Below are positions 1 through 12,100 of a stretch of DNA of 64,000 bases, piece by piece (the first letter of the stretch is position 1; every line of letters begins with the position of its first letter). The stretch spans positions 215,884,001-215,948,000 of the forward strand of contig OZ360221.1 in NCBI GenBank assembly GCA_977017645.1, in the 5' to 3' direction. Both the position numbers and the translations under genes were made by a program. The notes under the pieces were generated by a model, which saw only the letters and a program-made list of their open reading frames with translations, searched no databases and was not told the DNA's origin. The DNA comes from Torpedo marmorata (lineage: Eukaryota).

Positions 1-265
1 GATATCGGATCGACTGGCATGCTTGACCTCCATAATAGAATTAGTTTATAGATTGGCATTCTCCTTACTCTATCTTTTTCTTTTTTCTATTTCTTTTTCT
101 ATTTTTATTTTCTATTTTTATTTTTATTAGATTAGTGGGGTTGGGAGGGTTGGGGAGGGGAGGGAGGGAGGGGGGGTGAAAATGTATCACAAATATTTTG
201 ATAATTTTATATTTTATTTTATGTATTTTGTGATTTAAAAATTTTAAATAAAATATATTTTTAAA
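1..265 (+). mobile_element. L1-clade LINE (family A) 3' UTR end
   Basis: Near-identical to the 3' UTR at 43843-44100; ends in AATAAA and an A/T-rich tail. Confidence 0.85.
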
Positions 266-719
266 AAAGTGATATACATGAACGAAGTTCTGCATGCCAT
301 CTTTCTAACCCTAAATCTAAATCAGATTTCCAAGTAATAGCAATGCATTTCTTAGAAACAGCTAAAGCAATTCGCAAGAATTCTATTTGATACATATTTA
401 ATTTCATCTTGGTACTAGTTCTTTTAATATCTCCAAACAAAAATATCATAGGGTCCATTGGAAGTGTAATACTTAATACTTTATCTAAAATGTTTTTAAC
501 TTTCACCCAAAAATCATATATCTTTGGACAAAACCATGTAGAATGTACAAAAGAACCTTCCTCTCTATTACATCTAAAACATAAACCTGATAATGTCGAA
601 TTAAATTTCTTTAATTTTTTAGGCGTTAAATATAATTGATGAAAAAAATTATATTGCACTAATCTATATCTAACATTAATAATCTTCGTCATACTTAATT
701 TACATAATTCTTTCCAATG
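266..719 (-). mobile_element. L1-clade LINE (family A) ORF2 C-terminal fragment
   Basis: ORF 261..692 with CFRC..EEGSFVHSTWFC zinc knuckle, matching ORF 40602..41312. Confidence 0.88.
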
Positions 720-1103
720 TTCGTAATGAACGTTGGAGAGAGAAACAATGACTGTTTAAGCTTACGAATACTTGGCCTGCTTTTCTTCTCTGATGACTTT
801 CCCTTTTGGTAGATACATGAGGATTGCGACTCCAAATCAGTTTTGGATTGAGGCGTGTACTTGGATCTCACAGCCGGTCTTGCTGATCTCACGCCTGTTC
901 CCCACGAAAGTTGTTTTAACTTAGGATTTTGCAGATACAGGAGGCCATGTGCTATTCTCCCAGACTTTTCCCCTGGAATGCACAAGCCTGGATTTTGCTG
1001 TGTTCTCCAGCCTTTGCAACTCCAAACAACAACTGAATCTGAATGCTTTTTGCAGAGGTTTGCACCTGCTTTTGCAAAAGTGCAATAAAGTATCTTTCCA
1101 CAG

Positions 1104-1168
<65 letters not shown>

Positions 1169-1285
1169 ACACCAAGTCCTGGGCAAGTTCACTCTTTCAG
1201 TACCTGGTCCCAATGTGTAATCCAAAAGACTTCAGCCTTCCTGCTGCCCATCCGCAGTCCAAATGGTCAGTCATGGTCCATAACA
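720..1285 (-). mobile_element. Partial LTR (5' part) of Gmr1-like Gypsy element
   Basis: Starts TGTTATGGACC on - strand at 1285; homologous to LTR 4160-5024; truncated at ~720. Confidence 0.88.
1108..1164. repeat. (CT)n microsatellite inside LTR
   Basis: Perfect dinucleotide run. Confidence 0.95.
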
Positions 1286-1545
1286 TAATAAAAAGTACAG
1301 CAGTAGTTGAGCAGATGGAACGTATAAACTGATAATACTCTCGATGTACAAGAAAGATTTAAGAGTAGTCTTCTGACTAAGCACAAAACAGCCTTCTGTA
1401 GTCAATACGTTTAGATAATGGGCATTTCTAGCATTTTTTTCCCAGATTTCCAGCACACTTTCCAAACTCTTTTAGTAACTTCAGGTAATTCAGGTTCTGC
1501 ATTATCATCTCCTCCCAGCTTTTATTACCGTCTATTATCATCATG

Positions 1546-1800
1546 AGCGGCATGGTTGGCGTAGCGGTTAGCGCAACGCCGTTACAGCACCAGCGATCAG
1601 GACCGGGGTTCGAATCCGGCGCTGTCTGTCAGGGGTATGTACGTTCTCCCTGTGTCTGCGTGTGTTTTCTCCGGGGGCTCCGGTTTGCTTCCACCATTCG
1701 AAACGTACGGGGTTGTAGGTTAATTGGATGTAATTGGGTAGCACGGGCTCGTGGGCGAAATGGCCTGTTACTGCGCTGTATGTCTAAATTTAAAATTTAA
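1546..1800 (+). mobile_element. tRNA-derived V-SINE/HE1-like SINE
   Basis: A-box-like GGCATGGTTGG, B box GGTTCGAATCC, central GTTCTCCC..GTGTCTGCG..CTCCGGTTT domain, CR1-like 3' tail. Confidence 0.88.
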
Positions 1801-1996
1801 ATGTAAAAAAATTTATTTCATTATATTCTGCATGCCTTCCTTCTATCTCAGACCTTGCCTTTTGTTCTCGTATTTTCTTCACCTCCTTGTGCACCCGATT
1901 ATTCCCAGTGCTGACTAAATATAGCAAGATTGAGCAATCTCCTATGTTACACCCATCCACTGATAAGACACCTAAAGGCACAGATTTGTCACTATT

Positions 1997-4900
1997 CTGA
2001 CAGGAGCTAATAGCAAGGCAAAAGGACGATCCTGATCTTGCTGAGGTGAGGGATAAGGTTCTCTCTGAAAAGGAGATTAAAAAGGTGCCAGTGGGTTATT
2101 ATGAAAAAGATGGGGTGTTGATGAGAAAGTGGAGACCATGTGATGTTCCTTCCAATGAAGAATGGGCAGTAGTGCAGCAGGTTGTGATCCCTAAAGTATA
2201 TAGGGATGCAATAATAACTTTGGCTCATAGTACACCTTTAGGTGGTCACCTTGGGGTGAATAAAACTATAAGGAAGATAATGAAACAATTTTATTGGCCC
2301 AGTTTGAGAAGGGAGGTTGTAAGCTTTTGCCGGGCCTGTCACACTTGTCAGGTGGTGGGTAAACCTAATCAGGGTCCCCCGGTGGCACCCTTGAAACCTA
2401 TCCCTGCTTTCAGTGAGCCTTTCTCGAGAGTAATTGTGGACTGTGTTGGCCCATTGCCCAAAACTAAAGCGGGGAATGAGTATTTGTTAACAATTATATG
2501 TGCAGCCACCAGATTTCCAGAGGCCATTCCTCTGAGAAACATTAAAGCAAAGTCAATTGTAAAGGCTATGGTAAAGTTTTTCACCTTGGTACATTTGCCA
2601 AGGGAAATTCAATCAGATCAGGGCAGTAATTTCATGTCAGGCATTTTCCAACAAGTGGTTGATGGACTGGGAGTTAAACAGATTGTATCCTCTGCGTACC
2701 ATCCAGAAAGTCAAGGCGCCTTGGAGAGGTTCCATTCGACTTTGAAAAATATGATTAGAACATATTGTTGTGAAAAGGAAAAGGATTGGGATGAGGGGGT
2801 TCATTTGTTGTTATTTGCAGCGAGGGAGTCTGTCCAAGAATCACTTGGTTTTAGTCCATTCGCGTTAGTTTTCGGACATGAGGTGATAGGTACTTTAATA
2901 TTAATAAAAGAACAGTGGATTAATCGTGATGTGCATTTAAATCTGTTAGATTATGTTTCCAAATTTAAGGATCGGTTGAATAGGGCTTGTGAGATGGCAA
3001 AGGAGAATTTAAAGGCCACTCAACAGAGAATGAAGGTTTGGTATGATCGAAAGGCTAAGATGAGAACTTTTAAACCTGGTGAGAACGTATTAGTTCTGTT
3101 TCCCATCCATTCAAACCCTCTTAGGGCTAGATTTTCACGACCCTATAGAGTTAAGTCAAAAATTAATGATGTCACCTATGTCATAGAAACACCTAATCGC
3201 AGACGAGACACACAGGTCTGTCATGTGAATATGATTAAGCCATATTTTGAACAGGTGCCACACAAAGGGACTGAAAATTTACCAGAGGTACTGGTTATTG
3301 ACAGGGGTAAGGAGGAGACAGATAAAACCAGTTTCAGAGAGGGTCATGGGACTGTTAATTCTCTGAGTTATGTAGTAGGACAGGGGAAGTTGGCGCCAGT
3401 AGAGGCAAAGGTTGTGACTATTTCCGAGTTCCCTGTTCCAACTAGTAAGAATACTCTGAGGAGGTTCCTGGGAATGATTGGCTACTACCGCAAGTTCTGT
3501 AAAAACTTGCTGATCTCGCGCTCCCTCTCACAAATTTGCTTAGAAAGAAAGAAAAATTTGTATGGTCGACAGGTTGTCAGGAAGCATTTGTCAAATCGAA
3601 AGCCATGTTATGCCACCAATCTGTGCTTAAGTCACCTAATTTAGAACAGCCGTTTTCTTTAGCTGTGGATGCCAGCGATGAAGCTGTGGGTGCGGTGCTG
3701 TTACAGAAGAAGAACGAAGAGGACATTGACCATCCGGTATCCTACTTCTCGAAGAAGTTCAATGATCATCAAAGGAATTATTCAACCATAGAAAAAGAGT
3801 TGTTGGCTCTTGTGTTGGCTCTACAACACTTTGATGTTTATATCTGTACAGCTCAAAAACCACTCAAATTGTATACTGACTATAATCCATTGGTTTTTCT
3901 TTGTAAAATGAAAAATAAGAATCGATGGTTGTTGAATTGGAGTCTAATTTTGCAAGAATATGATTTGGTAATCACACATATAAAAGGGAAAGATAATGTA
4001 ATTGCTGATTGTCTTTCCAGATGTTAAACTTTATCAATGAAAATAGTTCATATTTTGTATTTGTGGATGAACATTGTGGGTTTTGTTTATATTGTGACAC
4101 CTCAATTAATTTCCAAAATTTTGTTCTTGCAGACCAAAATTTTCTTTGTGGGTGGGAGGTGTTATGGACCATGACTAACCATTTGGACTGCGGACGGTCA
4201 GCAGGAAGGATGAAGTCTTTTGGAGTACACATTGGGACCAGGAACTGAAAGAGTTAACTTGCCCAGGACTTGGTGTACCCAGAGAGAGAGAGAGAGAGCA
4301 GAGAGAGACAGGCTGTGGAAAAGATACTTTGTTGCACTTTTGCAAAAGCAGGTGCAGACCTCTGAAAAAAAGCAGGCAGTTTGGAGTTGCAAAGGCTAGA
4401 GAACACAGCAAAATCCAGGCTTGTGCATCCCAGAGAAAAGGCTGGAAGAATAGCACATGGCCTCCTGTCTCAGAGAAATCCTGAGTTAAAGCAATTTTTG
4501 TGGAGAACAGGCGTGAGATCAGCGAGACCAGCTGTGAGATCCAAGCACACGCCTCAATCAGTGTTATACTGATTTGGAGTCACAATCCTCGTGAATCTCT
4601 ACCAAAAGGGAAAGTCATCAGAGAAGAAAAAAACAAGCCAAGTATTCGTCAGCATAAACAGTCATTGTCTCTCTCCAACGTTCATTGAAAAGTCCTTCTA
4701 CCAGCACACAGAGCTGAATTTGGAACCTGAACTTAGAGAGTGAATTTTTGTGGACTGTATTATATTTTTTGACTGACTTGTTTTTATGACTGACCTGGGG
4801 TTTTTGGGGAAAGTTTTTCCATTTTTACATAAGGGTTGGGCACAGACTGTAATGGTCTGGGCTTTACACACACATACCTTTTAGATAAGAATAGTGTTTA

Positions 4901-5024
4901 TAGACGTTTATAGTGGGGTTAATTGTTGTGAAATTATATGTTTAATTGTCTTTAATAAATATAAATTTCAATTTTACCTCTTTTGCATTGCGTCTTCTGT
5001 CGTTGCTGGTTTGATTTTGTAACA
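1997..5024 (+). mobile_element. 5'-truncated Gmr1-like Gypsy LTR retrotransposon (integrase, internally deleted RT, RNase H, PPT, 3' LTR)
   Basis: ORF 2046..3644: HHCC (AHSTPLGGHLG..CRAC), DDE core (VDCVGPLP, SDQGSNF, ERFH); ORF 3536..4027 RNase H (VDASD..EKELLA..YTD..ADCLSR); purine tract before LTR. Confidence 0.92.
4160..5024 (+). mobile_element. Gmr1-like 3' LTR (865 bp)
   Basis: TGTTA...TAACA termini, AATAAA near end, homologous to the other LTR copies in the window. Confidence 0.92.
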
Positions 5025-5317
5025 ATAACCATACTATTTTATTATGATTACACAAAGATTATATTAAACTACTCATCAAATGCTTCAATAAAATATAGGA
5101 CAATACTTATCAACCATTCCAATTCAAAGTTATGGGAATCCCTGATTTAGCAGCCTTCTTTCTTCTGCTGTCTCTCTTTCTCTTTTCTCTCTCCTCTTTC
5201 TCCTCTCTCTCTTTTGTGTCAGCCTGTTAGCACTGACTCTTGGCACTGGTCGTATGATTCCAAGTCTAAGATGAAGTTCCAACTACACAAAGGAAGGGCA
5301 CTTTTTTATACTCTTTT

Positions 5318-5741
5318 TAAAAAAAAATATTTTATTTAAAATTTTTAAATCACACAATACACAGTTTAAAACGCAAATTCCTTAAATTACATGTGATACA
5401 TTTTCACCCCCCCCTCCCCCCCACCCTCCCCTCCCTAACCCTCCCGAAAAGAAAGAAAGAAGAAGAAAAGGATAGAGTAAGGAGAATGTCAATCTAAAAA
5501 GGACAACTATAAACTGATCTTATTGTGGAGGATAGGCTCGCCAGCCAGACCCGATGATCAGAGATCTTCAAATCCTTAAACCCACAATTTTTATATATGG
5601 GCTCCATACTTCCAAAAAGAAATGATACTTATCACGTAAATTATATGTAATTTTTTCGAGTGGTATGCAAGAACGCAATTCTGCGTGCCATCTTTCCAAC
5701 CCCAAATCTACATCCGACTTCCATGTAGTGGCAATACATTA
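5318..5741 (-). mobile_element. L1 3'-end fragment with ~16-bp TSD
   Basis: Homology to family A ORF2 end and 3' UTR; TTTTTTATACTCTTTT repeated at ~5302 and ~5742. Confidence 0.8.
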
Positions 5742-5789
5742 TTTTTTATACTCTTTTGATCAAACGAAATCTGCAGCCAGTTCCTTGCC

Positions 5790-6030
5790 TATGGTTAGCG
5801 TAGCGGTTAGCGCAACGCTGTTACAGCGCCAGCGATCGGGACCAGGGTTCGAATCCCACACTGTCTGTAAGGAGTTGGTACGTTCTCCCCGTGTCTGCGT
5901 GGGTTTTCCCCGGGGGCTCCGGTTTCCTCCCACCGTTCGAAATGTACCGGGGGTGTAGGTTAATTGGGTGTAATTGGGCATCATGGGCTTGTGGGCTGAA
6001 ATGGCTGTATGTCTAAATTTATTTTTAAAA
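5790..6030 (+). mobile_element. V-SINE/HE1-like SINE
   Basis: B box GGTTCGAATCC and family consensus. Confidence 0.88.
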
Positions 6031-7482
6031 TATCATTGGATGGTCTAAATTTTACTTGATGGGGCATCATCCTTATCATTTCTTCAGATGTCTTGTTTCT
6101 TAGAAATACCCATATTGGTTATATGATGTTATACTGTTGTAACACTAGACTGCATGTCACACAATTAGAAGGATCACAAATTTAAATATTTACATTTATA
6201 CCCTTCAAAACCCAACATGGTTTTTATCCCATTATTTCGCTATCCCTCTGTGGTGCTGACCTGCAATGTCTTGTGACATTTGGCCTAGGTACATATTTTA
6301 GAAACTGAGACAAGTCTGCTAAAAGGCCCTCTTCACCTGCAGCCCAACAATTACCATGTTGGCGTTTTACACTTTACACACACCAAGGAAAAATCACATA
6401 ATGCCTTTTGTAAAATGTTCTGTGTAGGAACAAGCGAACAGTGCTTCAGAAGATTGAGGGCAGACCTGTTGATCATTGCAAATTCTTTTCTGCTGGTCTC
6501 CCTTGGATAAGAAGCACATGTTAAAGCCACTGTTATTTTGTAGAGTATTCCACCATGCAGAAACAGATCAGCAGCCCAACTATTCCAAGTAATGCGTTGG
6601 TTCTACAGAAGTCCCTTCCTGCATTCCTTTATCGAACTCTATCAGCAAAATTCTGAACATTACTGTCTCCCTTAAATACTTACCCAGATACTCAAAAATT
6701 GTTTGCCTCATCCACTCAATGTGATAGCGAGTTGCATATTCTTATAACTCTCTGGATAAGAAATTCGATCCGATTGGCCTATTTAATTTCTTGGTGACTT
6801 AATGACGACCTTCAGTATTTTTTGTTCCCCACAAGTGGAAATGCTCTTTGTTCATCTTATTGAACCTTTCATAATTTTGAAGACCTTTATTAGGTTATTC
6901 AGCCTTTAATAAAGACCGGTGACCCAGTGATAATTATACCCTCATTTTTGACATTCTTATAAATCTTTTGTGTGCCTCCTCTTATCGAATTTACAATATT
7001 GTCAGGAAGTTAACACGCTTGTCTGTTTTACAACTATTGCCCAACTTTAAAGTAACCTAGCATAACAAAGCTCAGCGAATGCAGTCTTACCTCCAAGGTG
7101 CAGGACTTTAACAAACCACCCGAATTAATTGTTTGAACAAAGAATAAGATCTCTCTTGCTGGCTTTTACCTTACTGGTGAATGAATTATACCATGATAAC
7201 AAATTTATTGACAAATCAAGTCTCTTTGTATTAATCCACAGTAGATGTGTATATGGGGTGTAGAAAACTCAGGAGTGGAAATATTTTGAATTAAAATTAT
7301 AGAACACCTGTTCTTCAAATTTTCGTTCTGTTTGCTTTAGATGTTAAACGGCAGCTTGCCCTTCTGATGTAAAAATAACCATTCAGTGTGCACAATGGGT
7401 CCATTGAATGTCAAGAGCAGGCAGACTCTTATCTTGTTGGAGAAGGTCCTTGCCTTTCCCTTTTGTGGCATGACTGTTTCTT

Positions 7483-7735
7483 GGGACGGCACGGTTGGCG
7501 TAGCGGTTAGCGCAACGCCCTTTACAGCACCAGCGATCGGGACCGGGGTTCGAATCCCGCGCTGTCTGTAAGGAGTTTGTTCGTTCTCCCCGTGTCTGTG
7601 TGGGTATTTCCCGGGGGCTCCGGTTTCCTCCCATCGTTCGAAACGTACCGGGGGTTGTAGGTTAATTGGGCGGCACTGGCTCGTGGGCTGAAGTGGCCTG
7701 TTACCGTGCTGTATGTCTAAATTTTTAAAATAAAT
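7483..7735 (+). mobile_element. V-SINE/HE1-like SINE (inside duplicated block 7401-7882)
   Basis: Full family consensus. Confidence 0.9.
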
Positions 7736-8514
7736 AATTACATTTGCTACTTGTCAGCTGACAACTAAACGTTAGCTCGGCCTTGTTGTACACAGCCATT
7801 TGCTGAAGAGTTGTGAATGGAATCGAATCATCAGCAAACGTTCCCGTTTTTGGTCTTTTGACGGAATGGGGATCATTGATGATCTTTGCAGAGGGTTCCT
7901 GATCTCAGCAAAGTTGTCAACTCCAGCCATAGCTCAGGCATCTCACTACTCCACAGAGGCAGTGGCAGAGTTGCATGAGCAATTTCTTGGGCAACTTCAA
8001 TATAGATAAGGGTTTGGAGACTTTCTTACTGCTGGCTAAAAATGAATAAGGCATTGGAGCTGAGAAAGAGGCTGAGCAGTTTCTCTCACCATCAAATTGA
8101 ATTGAAAACAAAGAGTTGCAATGTCATATATAATTTGGTTTAATGCAGCCATATAGAATAAGCCCAAGGCTAAAAGCAGTGGCTGGGTTTGAGACAAATG
8201 TAGCATTTTAACATTGAATTCGTTCAGTGGAAGATACATTGGTGGAAAGCAAAATTTAGATATTTATTTTCTGAGGATATTTCAGGGTGGTGCAAGGCCA
8301 ATTATTTATAAATTCACTGTTTTTATTTTGTTTTGCAATCATTTTCGAGATTTGGGCATCATTGACGAGGCCAAGACGCAATTGCTCTTGAAGATTATGT
8401 TAAACTGCTGAATGAACTGCTGCAGTCCTTTTGCTGAAGGTAATTCTACAGTGCTGTTGGGTCAGGAGTTCTGGGATTAGACACAGTGATAATGAAGAAC
8501 AGAGTATATTTGCA

Positions 8515-9210
8515 ATTAAACAAGAAAGTCTGCAGATGTTGTAAGTCACGCAGTGTTTTGCATGTAGCAAAGACAAAGATACCCAACCAACGTTTCGGGC
8601 ATGAGCCCTTCGTCAAGATATGAGCAAAGAGCAGGCACGTGTCTGAATCAAATGGTCTGGGGGTGGGGGGGAGGCAGGGGGAGGAGCACCCGCCCACAGG
8701 CAAGACGTCATAGGTGGATATGGGTGGGAGGGCAGAAGAGTGAACAGCTGGAAAGCGATAGGGGGAGGAGGTCGCTCTCTGAATGGAGAGGGAAGGGGTT
8801 GGGAGCTGGAGGAAAGGAGACACGGGGATTGGAAAAGGGAGAGAGAGACCAGGGAGGGGCCTACTAGAAACCAGAGAAGTCGATGTTAATGCTATCTGGT
8901 TGGAGAGTGCCCAGACAGAATATTAGGTGTTGTTCCTGCAATTTGCGGGTGGCCTTGGTTTGGCAGTGCACGAGGCCGTGGACAGGCACAATGGTGTGGG
9001 AGTAGGGCGTTGAATTGAAATGGTTGGCCACTGGGAAGTTCCTACTATTGCAGCGGACAGAGCAAAGGTGATCAAAAAAACAATCTCCAAGTCTGCATCC
9101 AGTCTCTCTGACGTAGAGGAGACCACAGCGGGAGCACCGGATGAGGTAGATGACCCCTGCAGATTCACAAGTGAAGTGTTGCTTCACTTGGAAGGACTAT
9201 TTAGGGCCCC
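8515..9210 (-). mobile_element. Penelope-like element 3' fragment (GIY-YIG endonuclease end plus pLTR)
   Basis: ORF 8864..9187 FTCESAGVIYLIRCSRCGLLYVRET...HFNS...EQHLIFCLGTLQP; pLTR with TTGACGAAGGGCTCATGCCCGAAACG on - strand. Confidence 0.85.
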
Positions 9211-9262
9211 GAATGGTTATTTCTAAACAGGAAAGTGTGCAACCATCCTCTGCTATTTCTGT

Positions 9263-9500
9263 GGGGCGGCACGGTTAGCGTAGCAGTTAGCGCAATGCTG
9301 TTACAGTGCCAGCGACCCATGTTCGAATCCAGCTCTGTCTGTAAGGAGTTTGTACGTTCCCCCTGTGTTTGCCTGCGTTTCCTCCCGGTGCTCCGGTTCC
9401 TTCCCACCGTTTGAAACATACCAGGGGTTGTAGGTCAATTGGGTGAAATTGGGTGGCCCGTGTTCATGGGCCGAAAGGGCCTGCTACCATGCTGTATGTC
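9263..9500 (+). mobile_element. V-SINE/HE1-like SINE, interrupted by L1; tail resumes at 10609-10635
   Basis: Family consensus; CC(A/G)TGCTGTATGTC duplicated at 9487-9500 and 10609-10622. Confidence 0.85.
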
Positions 9501-10608
9501 CTTTTTCAATAATTTTATTGAGTTTTATAAGCAAATCGTACATAGGTAATAAGAATAAGTATCCAACAAAATAGATATACTATTACATATGGCTACAAAT
9601 AACCTGTGATACATTGAAAAAGACAAAAAAGAAAAAAAGACAACATGTAAAATTTATGCTAATAATCTAACCCCTCCCTTGTGAAGTTATTGGTTGAACA
9701 TATGTGTTCCACCATTGTAAAAGGGAAAACAACCAAACCACAAAAAGGGATCTAAGTAATCTTATAAGTTATGAAAATAATTAAGAAAAGGACCCCATAA
9801 ACTTATAAAGTTAAAGTTCATTTCAGTAGTAGAACATCTAATTTTTTCCAAAGTCAGACATGCCATCACATCAGATAGCCATTGAGTATGAGTAGGAGGG
9901 ACAGCATCTTTCCATCTCATTAATATATCTCTTCTAGCGATAAGGAGAGCAAAGGCAACTACACGGGATTGTAGCCCAGGCAAATTCAAGCCAGTTGGCT
10001 TACTTGTTCTAAACAAGGCAAGAAAAGGATTAGGAGTCAAATTAATATTAAGAACTAAAGATAAGGTACAAAAAATACTTTACCAATAAATGGAAAGAGA
10101 AGAACATGACCAAAACATATGAAACAATGTACCTTCTTCAGTCTTACATTTGTCACATTTTGAAGAAATATTAGAATAGAATTTAGCCAATTGAACTTTG
10201 GAGAAGTGAGTTCAATGTACTACTTTAAATTGTAATAATGAGTGTCGGGCACATAGAGAAGATGAATTTACCAATTTCAAAATAGAGTCCCATGTAGCAT
10301 CAGAAAATAATTGTTGAAAATCTTGCTCCCATAATTTCTTAATCTTGTCCAGGGCATTACCACTAGACAACAATAATGACTCATAAAGAACTGATATCAA
10401 CTTTTTATGATTCGTTTAAAATTATAAATCTTCTCTATCATATTTAATTCCAGATCTTGAGGGAATCTCAATACCAAGGAATTCAAAAGTATCCTAATCT
10501 GTAAATATCTAAAAAAAAATGATGTTTAGATAGTTTAAACTTAGAACATAATTGTTCAAAAGAAGCCAAATTTTGGTTAATAAAAAGATCTTGAAAAGAT
10601 TGGATACC
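9501..10608 (-). mobile_element. L1-clade LINE (third family) ORF2 C-terminus and 3' UTR, degenerate
   Basis: ORFs 9762..10040 and 10212..10400 (LCARHSLLQFKVVH, WGPFL); 14-bp TSD. Confidence 0.82.
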
Positions 10609-10639
10609 CCGTGCTGTATGTCTAAATTTAAATTTTGAA

Positions 10640-11830
10640 GAAAAACCTTTGTGTGGTGGTGTGCCCATGCATTTGATGTCCTTTCCCTCTTCAGTAGTGG
10701 AGGTTGCGGATTTTGGAGGTACAGTGGGAGTAGCTTGGACAAGTAGCTGCAGTGCTTTTTGTAGATGGTATACACTGTAACCATTGTACATCGATGGTGG
10801 AAAGAAGGAATGTCCAGGGTGATTGATGGAAAGCCAATCAAGTGGACCATGTTACCCTGGATTGTACAGAGCTTCTTTGATGTTGTTGTGGCTGCACTCC
10901 TCCACACATGCGGCAAGTACTTCATTGCGCTCCTGATTACTTGTTGATGATGGAAAGGTCTTGGAATGTCAGGAGGTGAGTCACTTGCCACAGGATCCCC
11001 AGCCTCTGTCTTGGTCCAGCTGAGTTGCTGGTCAGTGGCATCCCTCAGGGTATTGGCTGAAGTTGTCTCGGATATGGTAAGACCATTGAATGTCAAAAGA
11101 AGGCAGACTCTTATCTTGTTGGAGAAGGTTCTTGCCTTTCCCGCTTATGGCATGACTGTTTCTTGGGATGGCACGGTTGGCGTAGCGGTTAGCGTAACGC
11201 CGTTATAGTGCCAGTGATCGGGACCAGGGCTGTCTGTAAGGAGCTTGTATGTTCTCCCGGTGTCTGCGTGGATTTTCCCCGGGGGTTCCGGTTTCCTCCC
11301 ACTGTTCGAAACGTACCGGTTGTTGTAGGTCAATTGGGTGTAATTCGGCAGCACGGGCTCATGGGCCGAAGTGGCCTGTTACCGTGCTGTATGTCTAAAT
11401 TTTTAAAATAAATAATTAAATTTGCTACTTGTCAGCTGACAACTAAACGTTAGCTCGGCCTTGTTGTACACAGCCATTTGTTGAAGAGTTGCAAATGGAA
11501 TCGAATCATCAGCAAACGTTCCTGTTTTTTGGTCTTTCGATGGAATGGGGATCATTGATGAAGCATCTGAAGATGGTCAGCCCAAGGTTGCTGCCCCGAG
11601 GTACTCCTGCAGTGATATCCAAGGTTGGGATAATTGACCTCTGATATTGCGCAACATATGACTTAAGCTGCTGGACTACCTCAGGGTAGTATTCACCGAT
11701 TTTAGTTTTAATTCTGCTTCAGGTTATTATTGGGTGCTTGCTGCCTTGTTGAGGCAGCTTTGACAGTCAGTTTGTCCATAGTAAGATTCTATAACCAGAC
11801 AAATGGCCTGTGACCATCTTCTGGATGATA
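10640..11830 (-). mobile_element. Old degenerate LINE remnant hosting a SINE
   Basis: Similar to old remnant at ~56480-57230; no intact ORF. Confidence 0.4.
11165..11415 (+). mobile_element. V-SINE/HE1-like SINE (B box deleted)
   Basis: Family consensus; same flanks as copy at 7483. Confidence 0.85.
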
Positions 11831-11842
11831 CCTCGCTAACCG

Positions 11843-12100
11843 TGGGTGGCACGGTTGGCGTAACGGTTAGCGCAACTCTGTTACAGCGCCAGCGATTGGG
11901 ACCGGGGTTCAAATCCCGCGCTTTCTGTAAGGAGTTTGTACGTTCTCCCCGTGTCTGTGTGGGTTTCCTCCGGGTGCTCCAGTTTCTTACCACCGTTCAG
12001 AACGTACCATGGTTGTAGGTCAATTGGGTGTAATTGGGCGGCATGGGCTCAAGGGGCGAAATGGCCTGTTACCGTGCAGTATGTCTAAATTTAAAATTTA
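11843..12100 (+). mobile_element. V-SINE/HE1-like SINE
   Basis: Family consensus. Confidence 0.88.

Noticed and set aside
695-1332. ORFs in LTRs (also 4175-4688, 27512-28330, 36066-36631)
   Set aside because: Non-conserved frames among LTR copies; driven by microsatellites
1546-1630. tRNA genes at SINE heads
   Set aside because: A/B boxes present but continuous with SINE body and tail in many copies; no complete cloverleaf
1790-1981. Possible env-like ORF next to the Gypsy element
   Set aside because: No furin site, CX6CC or clear TM segment; too short to support
7085-7200. Minus-strand exon ending at GAG|GTAAGA
   Set aside because: Stops upstream and no convincing acceptor
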